Positions 19,177 to 29,074 are shown, counted from the first letter of the stretch. The stretch: DNA of 64,000 bases from Minisyncoccota bacterium (GCA_041664265.1 JBAYLD010000001.1:40051-104050), one strand, 5' to 3'. A program made the numbers and translations. The notes: a model not told the origin generated them from the letters alone.

Positions 19177-20229
19177 ATGGAGCTCCTGTACTCGAACATC
19201 AAACCGTGCGAGTCTGATAACTCGTCGTTTAGCGAAGCCTTTGAGGCCGGCGTTGTAAAGTCTGACAGCATAAAGATCGCGACAGGCTACATAACAGAAG
19301 AGTCTCTTTTGGAATTGAAATCGATTCTGTCGTTTTATTTTGACGAGGGAAAAATCAAGAAGTGCAGCCTGGTGCTTGGCATGCACGGCAGAGAGGGTTT
19401 TACTCAGGCGCAATACGAAGCTGCAATAAATCTAGCTATGCTCCTTAAGGAAAGGGACATCGGCGCAGTATACGTTTGCACCGCCTTTAAATTCCACGGC
19501 AAGACCTATGTGTTTTATAAAGCCGATGAGCCTGTCTCTGCTGTGATGGGATCGTCGAACTTGAGCAATATCGTCGACAGCCGCGTATGGGAAGTCGACG
19601 CTCTTTTTACCGAGGCGAAGATCCTCTCGGAACTCGATGCGCTGCACTCCAGTCTGGTTGACAAGGCTTGCCACAACATTCTCGAAATGGAAAAGCCTTC
19701 CACGTTTAACCACGCGAGAGACTTGCTGAAGGACAGGATAGGAGTCACTAAAGCTGACCCCGAGACATACCGCGAAGCTGAAAACTCCGTAACTGATAAG
19801 GTCTTCGACTTGCCGCTGAAACCGGAAGCAAAAAGCAACTTGAACGCTTACTTCGGCAAAGGCAGAATGTCCAAGGCAACCGGGGCAATTCGTCCCCGCC
19901 ATTGGTATGAAGTCGAATTGATTGTTCCGATAGAGATAACATCCTCGCCGTCATATCCGAAAAACGGGTCCGTCTTCCACGTCTTCACCGACGACGGGTG
20001 GTCCTTTAACTGTAAAGTCGAAGGACAGAACGGAAAGAACTTTAGATCGGAGAATGACCTGAGGACTCTGGGCCGATGGATAAAGGGGCGGCTGGAAAAT
20101 TCCGGCTGCCTCAAAGTCGGGCAGCCAGTGACCGAGGAAGTTCTGAAAAACTACGGGCGCCGCACGCTGTCTCTCAAGCAGACAACTAAACCGGATGTGT
20201 GGCTGTTGGATTTCTCAAACAAAGCATGA
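19177..20229 (+). CDS. PLD-family restriction endonuclease (R.CglI/R.NgoAVII-like: N-terminal HKD nuclease plus C-terminal DNA-binding domain)
   Basis: HKD-like motif 'HGKTYVFYKADEPVSAVMGSSNLS' (H-x-K ... GS-x-N). About 350 aa. Immediately after the m5C methyltransferase and translationally coupled to the next gene. Confidence 0.55.
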   Translation: MELLYSNIKPCESDNSSFSEAFEAGVVKSDSIKIATGYITEESLLELKSILSFYFDEGKIKKCSLVLGMHGREGFTQAQYEAAINLAMLLKERDIGAVYVCTAFKFHGKTYVFYKADEPVSAVMGSSNLSNIVDSRVWEVDALFTEAKILSELDALHSSLVDKACHNILEMEKPSTFNHARDLLKDRIGVTKADPETYREAENSVTDKVFDLPLKPEAKSNLNAYFGKGRMSKATGAIRPRHWYEVELIVPIEITSSPSYPKNGSVFHVFTDDGWSFNCKVEGQNGKNFRSENDLRTLGRWIKGRLENSGCLKVGQPVTEEVLKNYGRRTLSLKQTTKPDVWLLDFSNKA

Positions 20230-22109
20230 CCTTCCTAGAAAACTACCTGCAGCGAGTTGAAGCCGACAAGCCCGGCCTCGCGCTAGCTTTGAAGAAGAGC
20301 GCGGAGGAATTTGCGAGTCTCCACATCGACAGCTTTGACTTCAATAGCCATAAGTCGGGACTGCTCTACGGACATGTGCAGAGCGGCAAGACGGGACAAA
20401 TGCTTGCAATCGCGGCAGCCGCGGCGGATCGCGGGTTCAAGTTTTTCATATTATTCACGACCGACAATGTAATACTGCACAAGCAGACCCTTGAACGCGC
20501 GCAGCAGTATCTCGGCGGATTTATGGCGGGCTTCAATGTGCTCGGCGAGATGGACGAGGAGGCATTCTTGACCCGCAGCTTGGCGATGCCCACGATGCTC
20601 GTGCTCAAAAAGAATACGAGCGTTCTCAAGACCTGGTGCAACAACATTGAAAGCAATAAAACCTACAAAGACGAACCTCTGTTCCTCTTGGATGACGAGG
20701 CAGATGCGTCGAGCCTCAATACAAAAGTAAATCAGAATGACCAGAGCACAATAAACCAACTGCTCGAAAGAATCGACGGGCAAGCCCCATCAAGCATGTA
20801 CCTCCATGTAACAGCTACGCCACAATCGCTCGTCCTCCAGGTATCTAATTCCATGTGGAAACCGGAGTTCTCCTTCTACCTGCCACCCGGGGAGTCGTAT
20901 CTCGGCGGGGACTTTTTCTACGGCGAGAATTCACAAAGCCTCGTTATGACAGAAGACAACGAGCGCGATGATTTATTGAAGGCGGAACACGTTCCTGTCG
21001 GCCTGCGCGAGGCCGTGCTGCACTTCCTCGTTGCCGCTTCGGAGTTGTTCCTTACGAAAGAGAAACCGGTATGCACACTGCTAATCCATCCTGGAGCAAA
21101 AATCAGCGAACACGCGACCGTAAGAACGAAAATAGAAAAGTTCCTCGAAGGAGTAAAAAGCGACCTGATAGCAAACTCATCGACTCTCGAATTCGCCATC
21201 CGGGACGCATGGGAGGAACTTAAGAAAACGAAACCGGACATTCACAGCTTCGAAGAGATACTCGGGTTCCTCAGAACGCGGATGCCGAATGTGAACATCA
21301 TCGTCCTGAACTCGAAAACTCCAGTTGGTTCTGTGTATGACAAGGGTCTTAATATCGTCATCGGAGGCAATACTCTCGGCCGAGGAGTCACTTTCCCAGG
21401 CCTGCAGGTGGTCTACTACTGCCGAAGCGCAAAAACACCGCAGGCTGACACCTCGTGGCAGCACGCGCGCATATTCGGCTATGACCGGGAACCTGGGTTG
21501 TGCAGGATCTTCAGCCCCCGCCCACTAATGAAGCTGTTCCAGGAGTTGAATGACGCAAACAATGCTCTGTTTGAAACGTTGAGGATTAAGGGTCCGCAAG
21601 CAGTAAGCATTCTTACGCCGGCAGGGGCGCGTCCAACCAGAACAAATGTGGTTTCTCGGGAAGACCTAATCGTTATTTCAGGAGGAGTAAACTACTTCCC
21701 GCTGCTTCCAACCGCGGCAAGCATTAAGAGCTTAGATGCCGAACTTGGCTCTGCGGATGATGAGCGCGAAATTACACTCGCAGAGGCTGAAAAGATTTTG
21801 AGGCTTGTAAGCGTGGAGAAAGAAGACTTGTGGAATCAACACTCGTTCCCTGATTGCGTTGAGACTCTAAAGAAGAGCAAAAAGTATTCCTGCCGACTCA
21901 TAGTTCGGACCAATAGAAGTATTGGCAAAGGAACGCGAACACTCCTCTCTGAGAACGATCGAGAACTCGGCAGCAGATACGTCGATCAGATTGTCCTCTC
22001 TATGTACCGCCTGAACGGAGAAGCAAGCAAGGGATGGGAAGATAGGCCTCTATGGGTGCCGAACATAAAGTTCCCCGATGGTACTTATTTCCACTACCAA
22101 TTAAAATAA
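20226..22109 (+). CDS. Helicase-like ATPase with C-terminal Z1-type domain (H/N subunit of a CglI/NgoAVII-type ATP-dependent restriction system)
   Basis: Walker A 'GHVQSGKTGQM', DEAD-box 'FLLDDEADAS'. ATGA start/stop overlap with the R gene. About 627 aa, the size of H.CglI. Confidence 0.55.
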   Translation: MTFLENYLQRVEADKPGLALALKKSAEEFASLHIDSFDFNSHKSGLLYGHVQSGKTGQMLAIAAAAADRGFKFFILFTTDNVILHKQTLERAQQYLGGFMAGFNVLGEMDEEAFLTRSLAMPTMLVLKKNTSVLKTWCNNIESNKTYKDEPLFLLDDEADASSLNTKVNQNDQSTINQLLERIDGQAPSSMYLHVTATPQSLVLQVSNSMWKPEFSFYLPPGESYLGGDFFYGENSQSLVMTEDNERDDLLKAEHVPVGLREAVLHFLVAASELFLTKEKPVCTLLIHPGAKISEHATVRTKIEKFLEGVKSDLIANSSTLEFAIRDAWEELKKTKPDIHSFEEILGFLRTRMPNVNIIVLNSKTPVGSVYDKGLNIVIGGNTLGRGVTFPGLQVVYYCRSAKTPQADTSWQHARIFGYDREPGLCRIFSPRPLMKLFQELNDANNALFETLRIKGPQAVSILTPAGARPTRTNVVSREDLIVISGGVNYFPLLPTAASIKSLDAELGSADDEREITLAEAEKILRLVSVEKEDLWNQHSFPDCVETLKKSKKYSCRLIVRTNRSIGKGTRTLLSENDRELGSRYVDQIVLSMYRLNGEASKGWEDRPLWVPNIKFPDGTYFHYQLK

Positions 22110-22218
22110 CATTATGACCAAACAGGAGAGGGATTAAAGGAGGAAACGAGTAAGGGCGAATGAGTTGGGCTCGCGGTTTTTATGGCAAATGATAGGCTTT
22201 TCATGAAAACCTCCTTAT

Positions 22219-24501
22219 ATGGCGATAGAGAAAATCATTTCCATAGAGAACATAGGGCGCTTACGGGCATATAAGGCTCGGGGCGACCTCTCTTTCAAGC
22301 GCTATAACCTCGTCTTTGCTGAGAATGGGCGTGGCAAGTCGACCTTGAGCGCAATACTCCGCTCGATGCGAGACGGAGACGACTCCCATATCAAAGCGAG
22401 GTACTCAGTAGGAGCGACTGCCCCCGCGAAAGTTGACGTGCGAATAAATGGTTTGAACGTCAAATACGACGGCAAGTCGTGGGACACAACTGTACCGAAC
22501 CTCGCAATTTTTGACGCTCTATTCACGAGTGAGAATGTACATTCTGGTGACTCAGTCGGAACGAGCCATCGTCGCAACCTATTGCAGATCATGCTCGGTG
22601 CGCAAGGTGTTAACCTTGCAAAGAAGGTTGGTGAACTTGATGAGCAGATTCGGAATGCAAATACGAGTATCACCGAGCGCAAGCGTGCGATCGCTAGGTA
22701 TCTAGAACCTCATGCCGATGTTGACGACTTCGTGCGTCGTCCGGTTGTGGGTGGCATCGCTACACAGATAAAAAATAAGAAGGCTGCACTAGAAGCTGCG
22801 CGCCAAGCAGGTGAGATACAGACACGCACGTCTATCGAAACCATTCCGTTGCCGTCACTGCCTGAGAAGTTCGACGAACTCCTTGATCGGGGCTTGAAGC
22901 AAGTATCTACTGATGCGGAGAAGAAGGTTCGTGAGCAAATAGAACATCACCACATGGGTGAGGATGGTGAGGAGTGGCTTTCACAGGGGCTTGCATACGT
23001 CGTGGACGACAAGTGTCCTTTCTGTGGCTCTGCTATAGCGAGGGGCGACCAAGTGAAGCTATACAAGGAATATTTCAGTGATGCTTACGACACGCACAGG
23101 TCCGCGATTTCCGATGCTCGTAGTGTAGTCATCGGATCTCTCGGCGATACTGCTCGTGCTCGGTTCGTAAGCGGAAAAATAGAACGCAACAAGACTGCCA
23201 TGGAGTTCTGGAAGGCGTATGTGCCAGGTCCTTTCCCCGTATTCAAGGACGAGGGTGTGGTTATAGAGGCACTTGAGGGCGTGTATACGGAAGGTCTGCG
23301 ACTCATAGATAAAAAACTTGGGGCACCGCTCGATACTGTCAATCCCGATAAGCCGTACAAAGATGCGGTAGCGAAGTATGAGACCGTGCGAGCGATGTTC
23401 GATGCATATAACGAGGTGGCAAATAATGCAGACAAAAGCATCGCAGAAGTAAAGCGTACGAGTCGTTCCGCAGACCCACGAACTATACAAGCTGAACTCA
23501 AGGACCTTGAACTGACCGAGCGTCGGCACGCCGATCCAGTGAAGACCTTGTGCGAAGAATACGTTGCCGAAGTTGTGGCAAAGAAGACCCTCGACACACA
23601 GAAGGATACTGCGAAAGATGCTCTTGATGCATATGCCGAAACGGCGCTCAATGGATACCAAGAGGAAATCAATCGGTTGCTATCTCAGTTCGGAACAGGC
23701 TTCACCATTCATAGTACGGTGCGCAGCTATGTTGGTGGTGCACCAACTTCGTCCTACCAACTCATGATTGATAGCTGCCTCATTGATTTGGGTGACGATA
23801 ACACAACAGGCAAGCCCTGCTTCAAGACCTCTATGAGTTCAGGAGACAAGAGTGCACTCGCGCTTGCTTTCTTCCTTGCTCATCTCGACAAAGATGCATC
23901 CAGGTCGCAGAAGATAGTCGTCTTCGACGACCCGTTCACCAGCTTTGACCGTTCGCGTCGTGAGCAGACCGTGCAGTTGATAAAGAAGTTTGGGGAGTCA
24001 TGCGCGCAAGTTGTCGTACTCTCTCATGATCCCTCGTTCTTGAAGCTTCTCTCTGACCGTCTAGACAAGGCAGATACGAGACAGATGCAGATTTCGCGAG
24101 CAGGAGTTAACTCCACTCTCGAAGACTGGGATGCAGACAAGGAAAACCAAGGTCTCTACTTCAAGGATCGCGATGATCTACGAGCCTACATTGATGGCAC
24201 TTCGACCACAGCACTTCAGGATGTGGCGAGAAAGATACGTCCGGTGCTCGAAGGATACATGCGAATTCGCTTCGCAGGAGGATTCCCCGACAACATGTGG
24301 CTAGGCGACATGATCGGGCATGTGCGCACGGCAGGAGCAACGCACCCGCTGTTTCCGGAACTCCAAAATCTATCGGAAATAAACGATTACTCGAAACGCT
24401 ACCACCACGAGACGAACCCAAACTGGAACGCGGAACCCATCTCCGACGGTGAGCTCAAAACGTTCGTGAACAGGACTCTCTTCCTGGTAGGAGGGTACTA
24501 G
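22219..24501 (+). CDS. RloC-like ABC-type ATPase with zinc hook (candidate restriction-linked anticodon nuclease)
   Basis: N-terminal Walker A 'ENGRGKSTL', CxxC hook 'CPFCGS' within predicted coiled coils, ABC signature/D-loop 'SSGDKSALALAF...IVVFDDPFTSFD', about 150-aa C-terminal extension. Located right after the R-M genes. Confidence 0.45.
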   Translation: MAIEKIISIENIGRLRAYKARGDLSFKRYNLVFAENGRGKSTLSAILRSMRDGDDSHIKARYSVGATAPAKVDVRINGLNVKYDGKSWDTTVPNLAIFDALFTSENVHSGDSVGTSHRRNLLQIMLGAQGVNLAKKVGELDEQIRNANTSITERKRAIARYLEPHADVDDFVRRPVVGGIATQIKNKKAALEAARQAGEIQTRTSIETIPLPSLPEKFDELLDRGLKQVSTDAEKKVREQIEHHHMGEDGEEWLSQGLAYVVDDKCPFCGSAIARGDQVKLYKEYFSDAYDTHRSAISDARSVVIGSLGDTARARFVSGKIERNKTAMEFWKAYVPGPFPVFKDEGVVIEALEGVYTEGLRLIDKKLGAPLDTVNPDKPYKDAVAKYETVRAMFDAYNEVANNADKSIAEVKRTSRSADPRTIQAELKDLELTERRHADPVKTLCEEYVAEVVAKKTLDTQKDTAKDALDAYAETALNGYQEEINRLLSQFGTGFTIHSTVRSYVGGAPTSSYQLMIDSCLIDLGDDNTTGKPCFKTSMSSGDKSALALAFFLAHLDKDASRSQKIVVFDDPFTSFDRSRREQTVQLIKKFGESCAQVVVLSHDPSFLKLLSDRLDKADTRQMQISRAGVNSTLEDWDADKENQGLYFKDRDDLRAYIDGTSTTALQDVARKIRPVLEGYMRIRFAGGFPDNMWLGDMIGHVRTAGATHPLFPELQNLSEINDYSKRYHHETNPNWNAEPISDGELKTFVNRTLFLVGGY

Positions 24502-24625
24502 GAGTTTAACCAATAGTACTCTCACCACGCCACCTTCGCAGTCCGAAACACCGTATCCTTGCTCCTCGCGGCGGTTCTAACGTCCTTTAGGCACTGCAGC
24601 TCTTCGTCGCTCTGTAATTTTTTTG

Positions 24626-24895
24626 CTAAAACCCCTGCACCGCTTGAGCCGAGGCGGCCGCGTCTTGGTCGAGCGCAGCGGAGTCATCGGGGGTCTGATT
24701 GAGGTCGGCCGATATGTCTGCCGTAGTATCGCCAGTTGAGAGCGCGGGCAGCTGCGTCTGTTCAATGGCCGAGGATTGCGTGTCAATGACTGATTCCTGC
24801 TTCCCGTAGAAGTACCAGAGCCCGAGTGCGAGGATGATGACCGTGCCGATGAGGTACCACCGCAGCGATGAGCCCTGATCCATTGTTTGATCCAT
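24626..24895 (-). CDS. Small single-pass membrane protein
   Basis: One TM helix 'WYLIGTVIILALGLWYFY' and an acidic tail. Confidence 0.3.
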   Translation of the reverse strand: MDQTMDQGSSLRWYLIGTVIILALGLWYFYGKQESVIDTQSSAIEQTQLPALSTGDTTADISADLNQTPDDSAALDQDAAASAQAVQGF

Positions 24896-24914
24896 AGTGA
24901 TTTCGATTTAGGGA

Positions 24915-25712
24915 TTATTGGTTTGAGTTACTGGTCGTGGTTGCGGTCGCGGTGTCATCGTCGACTCCAGGGATCGCCGTAAGTGTTTGTAGCGCACGCT
25001 GCACCGCCGTGCGCGCGCTTCTCATCGAGCCGTCGCGAAGCGCGAAGAGATCCTGGAAGAGTGCTGCGTGGAGATTCTTAAACGACGCTCGCAGAGCCTT
25101 CACGATGTCGCCCTGATTCGCTGGAGTGGTGGTCGCGGCCGTTGCGACAGTGGTAGTCGAAGTGTCGGGTGTATACGTCTTTGCCGCTTGGGCGGTCACC
25201 GCAGTGCGCGCGCTCGCGATCGCGGTATTCGCTGCTTGAATGGCTGCCGTGGTGGAGGCGATATCCTTCCCTTTTGACGCAGCAGTAGTGGCACGATTCT
25301 GGATCTTCTGCATGATGGCATCGTGGCGATCGAGCAGGTCCATAAAGTGGTCAGTCCACTTCTCGTTAAGGTTCTCGAATTGCCCGGCGAGTCGCTCTGC
25401 CTTCTGTTGTGTGGCCTTGTCTTTAATCTCTGCAACACGCTGCGTTACCTTCTCGCGCTGCGCCTCCATGCGCTCTTTCGCATCTTCGCGGACGGCCTCC
25501 ATACGCTCGCGCGCAGCTTCTCTTCCTTCTTTTTGTTTTTCTCTTTGCGCTTGGGTCGTTGACGCCGTTTTAATGCGAGATTCGACAACCGCGCGCGTAC
25601 GGTTCGCCGCCGGTACTTCCCTTCCCGATCGATCTTCTGCAAACACGGCATTTGCCGAGATGAAGAATATCGCGACAATGCCAACAATCCCTATGGTCTT
25701 CAGTGTGCGCAT
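24915..25712 (-). CDS. Secreted Ala/Thr/Glu-rich coiled-coil protein
   Basis: Signal peptide 'MRTLKTIGIVGIVAIFFISANAVFA', low-complexity charged repeats. Confidence 0.4.
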   Translation of the reverse strand: MRTLKTIGIVGIVAIFFISANAVFAEDRSGREVPAANRTRAVVESRIKTASTTQAQREKQKEGREAARERMEAVREDAKERMEAQREKVTQRVAEIKDKATQQKAERLAGQFENLNEKWTDHFMDLLDRHDAIMQKIQNRATTAASKGKDIASTTAAIQAANTAIASARTAVTAQAAKTYTPDTSTTTVATAATTTPANQGDIVKALRASFKNLHAALFQDLFALRDGSMRSARTAVQRALQTLTAIPGVDDDTATATTTSNSNQ

Positions 25713-25828
25713 ATGTGTATATAAGTGGTTATGACAACTACTACGCTCGCACCTACCGCATTCTTTCCAACATAATTATATCACCACCACCTGCCGAGAG
25801 CGCGGATGAAGTGCGTTATGATGAGCAC

Positions 25829-26581
25829 ATGATCCGCAGCGTCGCGCATCCGCAGAGCTCCGCATGGCACCGCGCCCACCTCGCGCGCCATCGACGCGCA
25901 TGGGTACTCATGGCTGGCGTCGTAATTGCGGTCGCGTTTCTGCTTGTCTCCGGCTATTTTAAGGGAGTCTCATGGCCCACGCTCGGCATGGCGGTCGTCA
26001 ACACCACCTACCGCCTCGCGCTCGCGTACGGCATCGCGCTTATGCTCGGCGTCTCCCTCGCTCTTCTCGTCGGTTGGAGCCCGTTCGCCGACGCGCTCTT
26101 CCCCGTCTTCGATATCCTACAGAATATCCCCTCATTTGCGCTGATCCCCCTCTTTATTTATTTTTTTGGCTACACGACGCAGATGATTATCCTCTTCGCG
26201 ATAAGCTCCATCGTGTGGCCTATCCTCTTCTCAATCCTGACCGCCATTAAAAACGCCCATCGAGATTTGAACGACGCGGCGACTATCTTCGGTGCGCGCG
26301 GGTTCCGACGCATCTTCGCCTATCTCGCACCACTCTCCCTCCCCGCCATCCTCACCGGCTCTATCGTCGGTATCGCCATCGGGTGGGAGTCGGTCATCGG
26401 CGCTGAAATAATCGTGAACAACATTTCTGGCTTTGGCGCATTCATCAGGAGCGCGGGCATCTCGGGCATCAACCAATCCGCGATTGCCGGCATATTCGTC
26501 ATCCTCATCATCGTATTCGCGGTCAATCGCATGGTTTGGGCGCCACTCCTTGTCGAGAGCAGCAGGCGATACGCCGAATAG
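25829..26581 (+). CDS. ABC transporter permease (NitT/TauT nitrate/sulfonate/bicarbonate family)
   Basis: 6-TM permease with an EAA-like loop. The start at the internal Met 25829 avoids overlap with the divergent gene. Confidence 0.7.
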   Translation: MIRSVAHPQSSAWHRAHLARHRRAWVLMAGVVIAVAFLLVSGYFKGVSWPTLGMAVVNTTYRLALAYGIALMLGVSLALLVGWSPFADALFPVFDILQNIPSFALIPLFIYFFGYTTQMIILFAISSIVWPILFSILTAIKNAHRDLNDAATIFGARGFRRIFAYLAPLSLPAILTGSIVGIAIGWESVIGAEIIVNNISGFGAFIRSAGISGINQSAIAGIFVILIIVFAVNRMVWAPLLVESSRRYAE

Positions 26582-26583
26582 AT

Positions 26584-27333
26584 ATGCCGCACGAATCACC
26601 AGAGATGGCACTAGTTTTTTCGCGAGTCTCCGCTCGATTTGATGATGAGGGAGACAAGAGCGTATCGGTTCTCAAAGAGGTTTCTTTTTCTATCCCCACC
26701 GGGTCATTCATGTCCCTTATCGGTCCGTCAGGCTCTGGCAAGTCAACCCTCATGCGCGTCCTGCTCGGCCTCATGCCGCATGAGAACGGCACGATTGTGC
26801 GCAACTTCTCGCGAAGCGCGATGGTATTCCAGAATTATGCCCTCTTCCCGTGGCTCTCCGCACTTGATAATGTCGCCTTCGGTTTACGCATGGAGGGGAT
26901 GCCGCGCAAAGAGCGCGAGCGTATCGCGCGCGAAAAGCTCCAAGAGGTGGGGCTCGAACACCTTGAGAAGCATTATCCGGCCGCCCTCTCGGGCGGCCAG
27001 CGCCAACGCGTCGGCCTCGCGCGCGCTCTCGCGATAGCGCCCGACCTCCTCATTATGGACGAGCCGTTCTCGAATCTCGATACCATCACCGTCGAGGCGC
27101 TCAAGACAGACTTGCTAAAAATATGGCGGAATTACGGCATGACGATCCTAATGGTGAATCACCTGATCCCCGACGCGATCGAGCTCTCTGATCAGATTAT
27201 CGTTATGGGCGCGCATCCAGGCTGTATAAAAGAAACCATTTCCATCAACCTCCCGCGCCCGCGCGATCCGCGCTCCGAGCGCTTTTTCAAAGAAGTCGAC
27301 TACCTCACCTCAATCATCCGCAGCGTCTCTTAA
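26584..27333 (+). CDS. ABC transporter ATP-binding protein (NitT/TauT family)
   Basis: Walker A 'GPSGSGKSTL', signature 'LSGGQRQRVGLARAL', Walker B 'LLIMDEPFSNLD'. Confidence 0.8.
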   Translation: MPHESPEMALVFSRVSARFDDEGDKSVSVLKEVSFSIPTGSFMSLIGPSGSGKSTLMRVLLGLMPHENGTIVRNFSRSAMVFQNYALFPWLSALDNVAFGLRMEGMPRKERERIAREKLQEVGLEHLEKHYPAALSGGQRQRVGLARALAIAPDLLIMDEPFSNLDTITVEALKTDLLKIWRNYGMTILMVNHLIPDAIELSDQIIVMGAHPGCIKETISINLPRPRDPRSERFFKEVDYLTSIIRSVS

Positions 27334-27425
27334 AATATCCTTATTATTTCCGGTCGGTAAAGATAAGGATATTTGTAATTACATAATAATTACATAGGAC
27401 TGCCCTATGTATATTTATTTCTTTC
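27334..27425. terminator. Convergent-gene intergenic region with two hairpins and AT-rich palindromes; probable bidirectional terminators
   Basis: aatatccttat...ataaggatatt (27334-27373); perfect palindrome tgtaattaca (27374-27383) followed by an overlapping second copy of taattacata; acatagg-actgc-cctatgt (27392-27410) followed by atatttatttcttt. Confidence 0.4.
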
Positions 27426-29073
27426 TCCTATGTGCAATCGCCGCCTTGAGGAACTCGGTAAAGAGAGGATGCGGAGAGAGCGGGCGAGCTTGCAATTCAG
27501 GATGGAATTGTGTGCCGAGCATAAAGGGGTGCACTGTGTGTGGGAGCTCGGCAATTTCCATGAGGATTGAGTCGGGAGAGGTGCCCGAGAAGACGAGCCC
27601 GGCATCCATAAGCTGTTTTACATAATTGGGGTTGATCTCGTAGCGATGGCGGTGGCGCTCGTCAACCATTTCTTTTTTATACGCAGCGCGCGCGATGGTT
27701 CCCTTCTTCAAGTAACAGGGATACGCGCCAAGGCGCATCGTACCGCCATAAGTCTTATCGGAGAGGTGCTTCTTTTGCTCCAGCATGATATCCACCACCG
27801 GGTCTTCTGAATTTTTTTGTATCTCGGTCGTGTGCGCATTCTTGAGCTTCAAAACATTGCGCGCGTACTCGATCACCATGAGTTGCATCCCGTAGCAGAG
27901 GCCGAGATAGGGGATCTTGTGCTCGCGCGCATATTGGATCGCTTTAATCTTCCCTTCTATGCCACTCTCGCCAAAGCCGCCCGGGACAATAATGCCTTGA
28001 TACTTCGAGAGCTCTGCGAGCGCCTTCTTATCGCCCTTCTCGATATGCTTCGCATTCAGCCAGGTGATCTTAGCTTTTTTGCCGAGCTTCGCACTTGAGA
28101 ATTTAATAGCCTCGATGACTGATAAATACGCATCCGAGAGAACGAAGTCACCGGTATCAAAATATTTCCCCACGATCGCGATGTTGACCTCGGGCGCCCT
28201 CTCGTTCATCGCTGCAGTGACAAACTTCTTCCACGCCGCGAGCGACGTCTTCCGCTTCTCGGGGAGATTGAGTGCATCAAGGAGCTCGTCGCCCAGGTGA
28301 TCTTTCTCGAGATTGAGCGGCACTTCATAAATGCTCCTAATATCGGGTGCGGCGATCACGCGATCGGGGCGCACGCTGCATTGGCTCGCCAACTTCTCCT
28401 TCCGCTTATCGTCGATCGCGTGCGTCGAGCGTGCGACGATGAAGTCCGGCTGGATACCGTAGCTGTTCAAAGCGCGCACCGCCGTCTGCGTCGGCTTGGT
28501 CTTCATCTCGCCCAGGGTGCCCGGGACCGGCAGATACGAGACCATGACGAAGAGCACATCGCCCGGATAGCGCATCTTGATCACGCGCGCCGCCTCGATA
28601 AAGAGCGCATTCTGGAAGTCGCCTATGGTGCCGCCGATCTCGATAACCGAGATGCGCCCGCCATTACGAGCCGCGGCGGCCTCGATGCGATTCAAGATCT
28701 CGTCGCGCACATGCGGGATCGCCTCCACGCACTTGCCGCCATAGCCAAGCGCGCGTTCGCGAGCGATGACCGACTGGTAGACCATACCACTCGTCATATA
28801 GTCTTCGTTCGTGAGATCGCGGTCGAGGAAGCGCTCGTAGTTGCCCATGTCTTGATCGGTCTCGAGCCCGCTCCGGAGTACGAACGTCTCGCCATGCTCG
28901 GTCGGATTCATCGTACCCGCGTCGACGTTGAGATACGGATCGACCTTCACCAGATTGACCAGATAGCCCTTCTGCTGGAGCAGGAGCCCAATCGAGCTTG
29001 CGACCACGCCCTTCCCCACGCCGCTCATGACGCCGCCGAGGACGAATATATATTTGTGACCCTCCTTCGCCAT
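27415..29073 (-). CDS. pyrG: CTP synthase
   Basis: N-terminal 'YIFVLGGVMSGVGKGV' and the C-terminal glutamine amidotransferase 'GLCYGMQ' catalytic-Cys motif. The start at MAKEG (29073) matches the canonical N-terminus. Confidence 0.9.
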   Translation of the reverse strand: MAKEGHKYIFVLGGVMSGVGKGVVASSIGLLLQQKGYLVNLVKVDPYLNVDAGTMNPTEHGETFVLRSGLETDQDMGNYERFLDRDLTNEDYMTSGMVYQSVIARERALGYGGKCVEAIPHVRDEILNRIEAAAARNGGRISVIEIGGTIGDFQNALFIEAARVIKMRYPGDVLFVMVSYLPVPGTLGEMKTKPTQTAVRALNSYGIQPDFIVARSTHAIDDKRKEKLASQCSVRPDRVIAAPDIRSIYEVPLNLEKDHLGDELLDALNLPEKRKTSLAAWKKFVTAAMNERAPEVNIAIVGKYFDTGDFVLSDAYLSVIEAIKFSSAKLGKKAKITWLNAKHIEKGDKKALAELSKYQGIIVPGGFGESGIEGKIKAIQYAREHKIPYLGLCYGMQLMVIEYARNVLKLKNAHTTEIQKNSEDPVVDIMLEQKKHLSDKTYGGTMRLGAYPCYLKKGTIARAAYKKEMVDERHRHRYEINPNYVKQLMDAGLVFSGTSPDSILMEIAELPHTVHPFMLGTQFHPELQARPLSPHPLFTEFLKAAIAHRRKK

Positions 29074-29074
29074 A

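Larger units (their letters stand above)
10274..24540. mobile_element. Integrated element at tRNA-Gln (large-serine-recombinase island: primase, secreted Cys-rich proteins, R-M system, RloC-like). Right boundary approximate.
   Basis: The recombinase gene overlaps the tRNA 3' end. Cargo is phage/plasmid-type (primase, R-M) with patchy lower GC. Core chromosomal genes (ABC transporter, pyrG) resume after about 24.6 kb. Confidence 0.45.

Noticed and set aside
10401-24589. 14-nt exact repeat cggttctaacgtcc at 10401-10414 and 24576-24589, considered as attL/attR of the tRNA-Gln island
   Set aside because: Several 14-mer coincidences are expected by chance in 64 kb. The left copy lies inside the recombinase coding sequence. 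Large serine recombinases do not generate long direct repeats.
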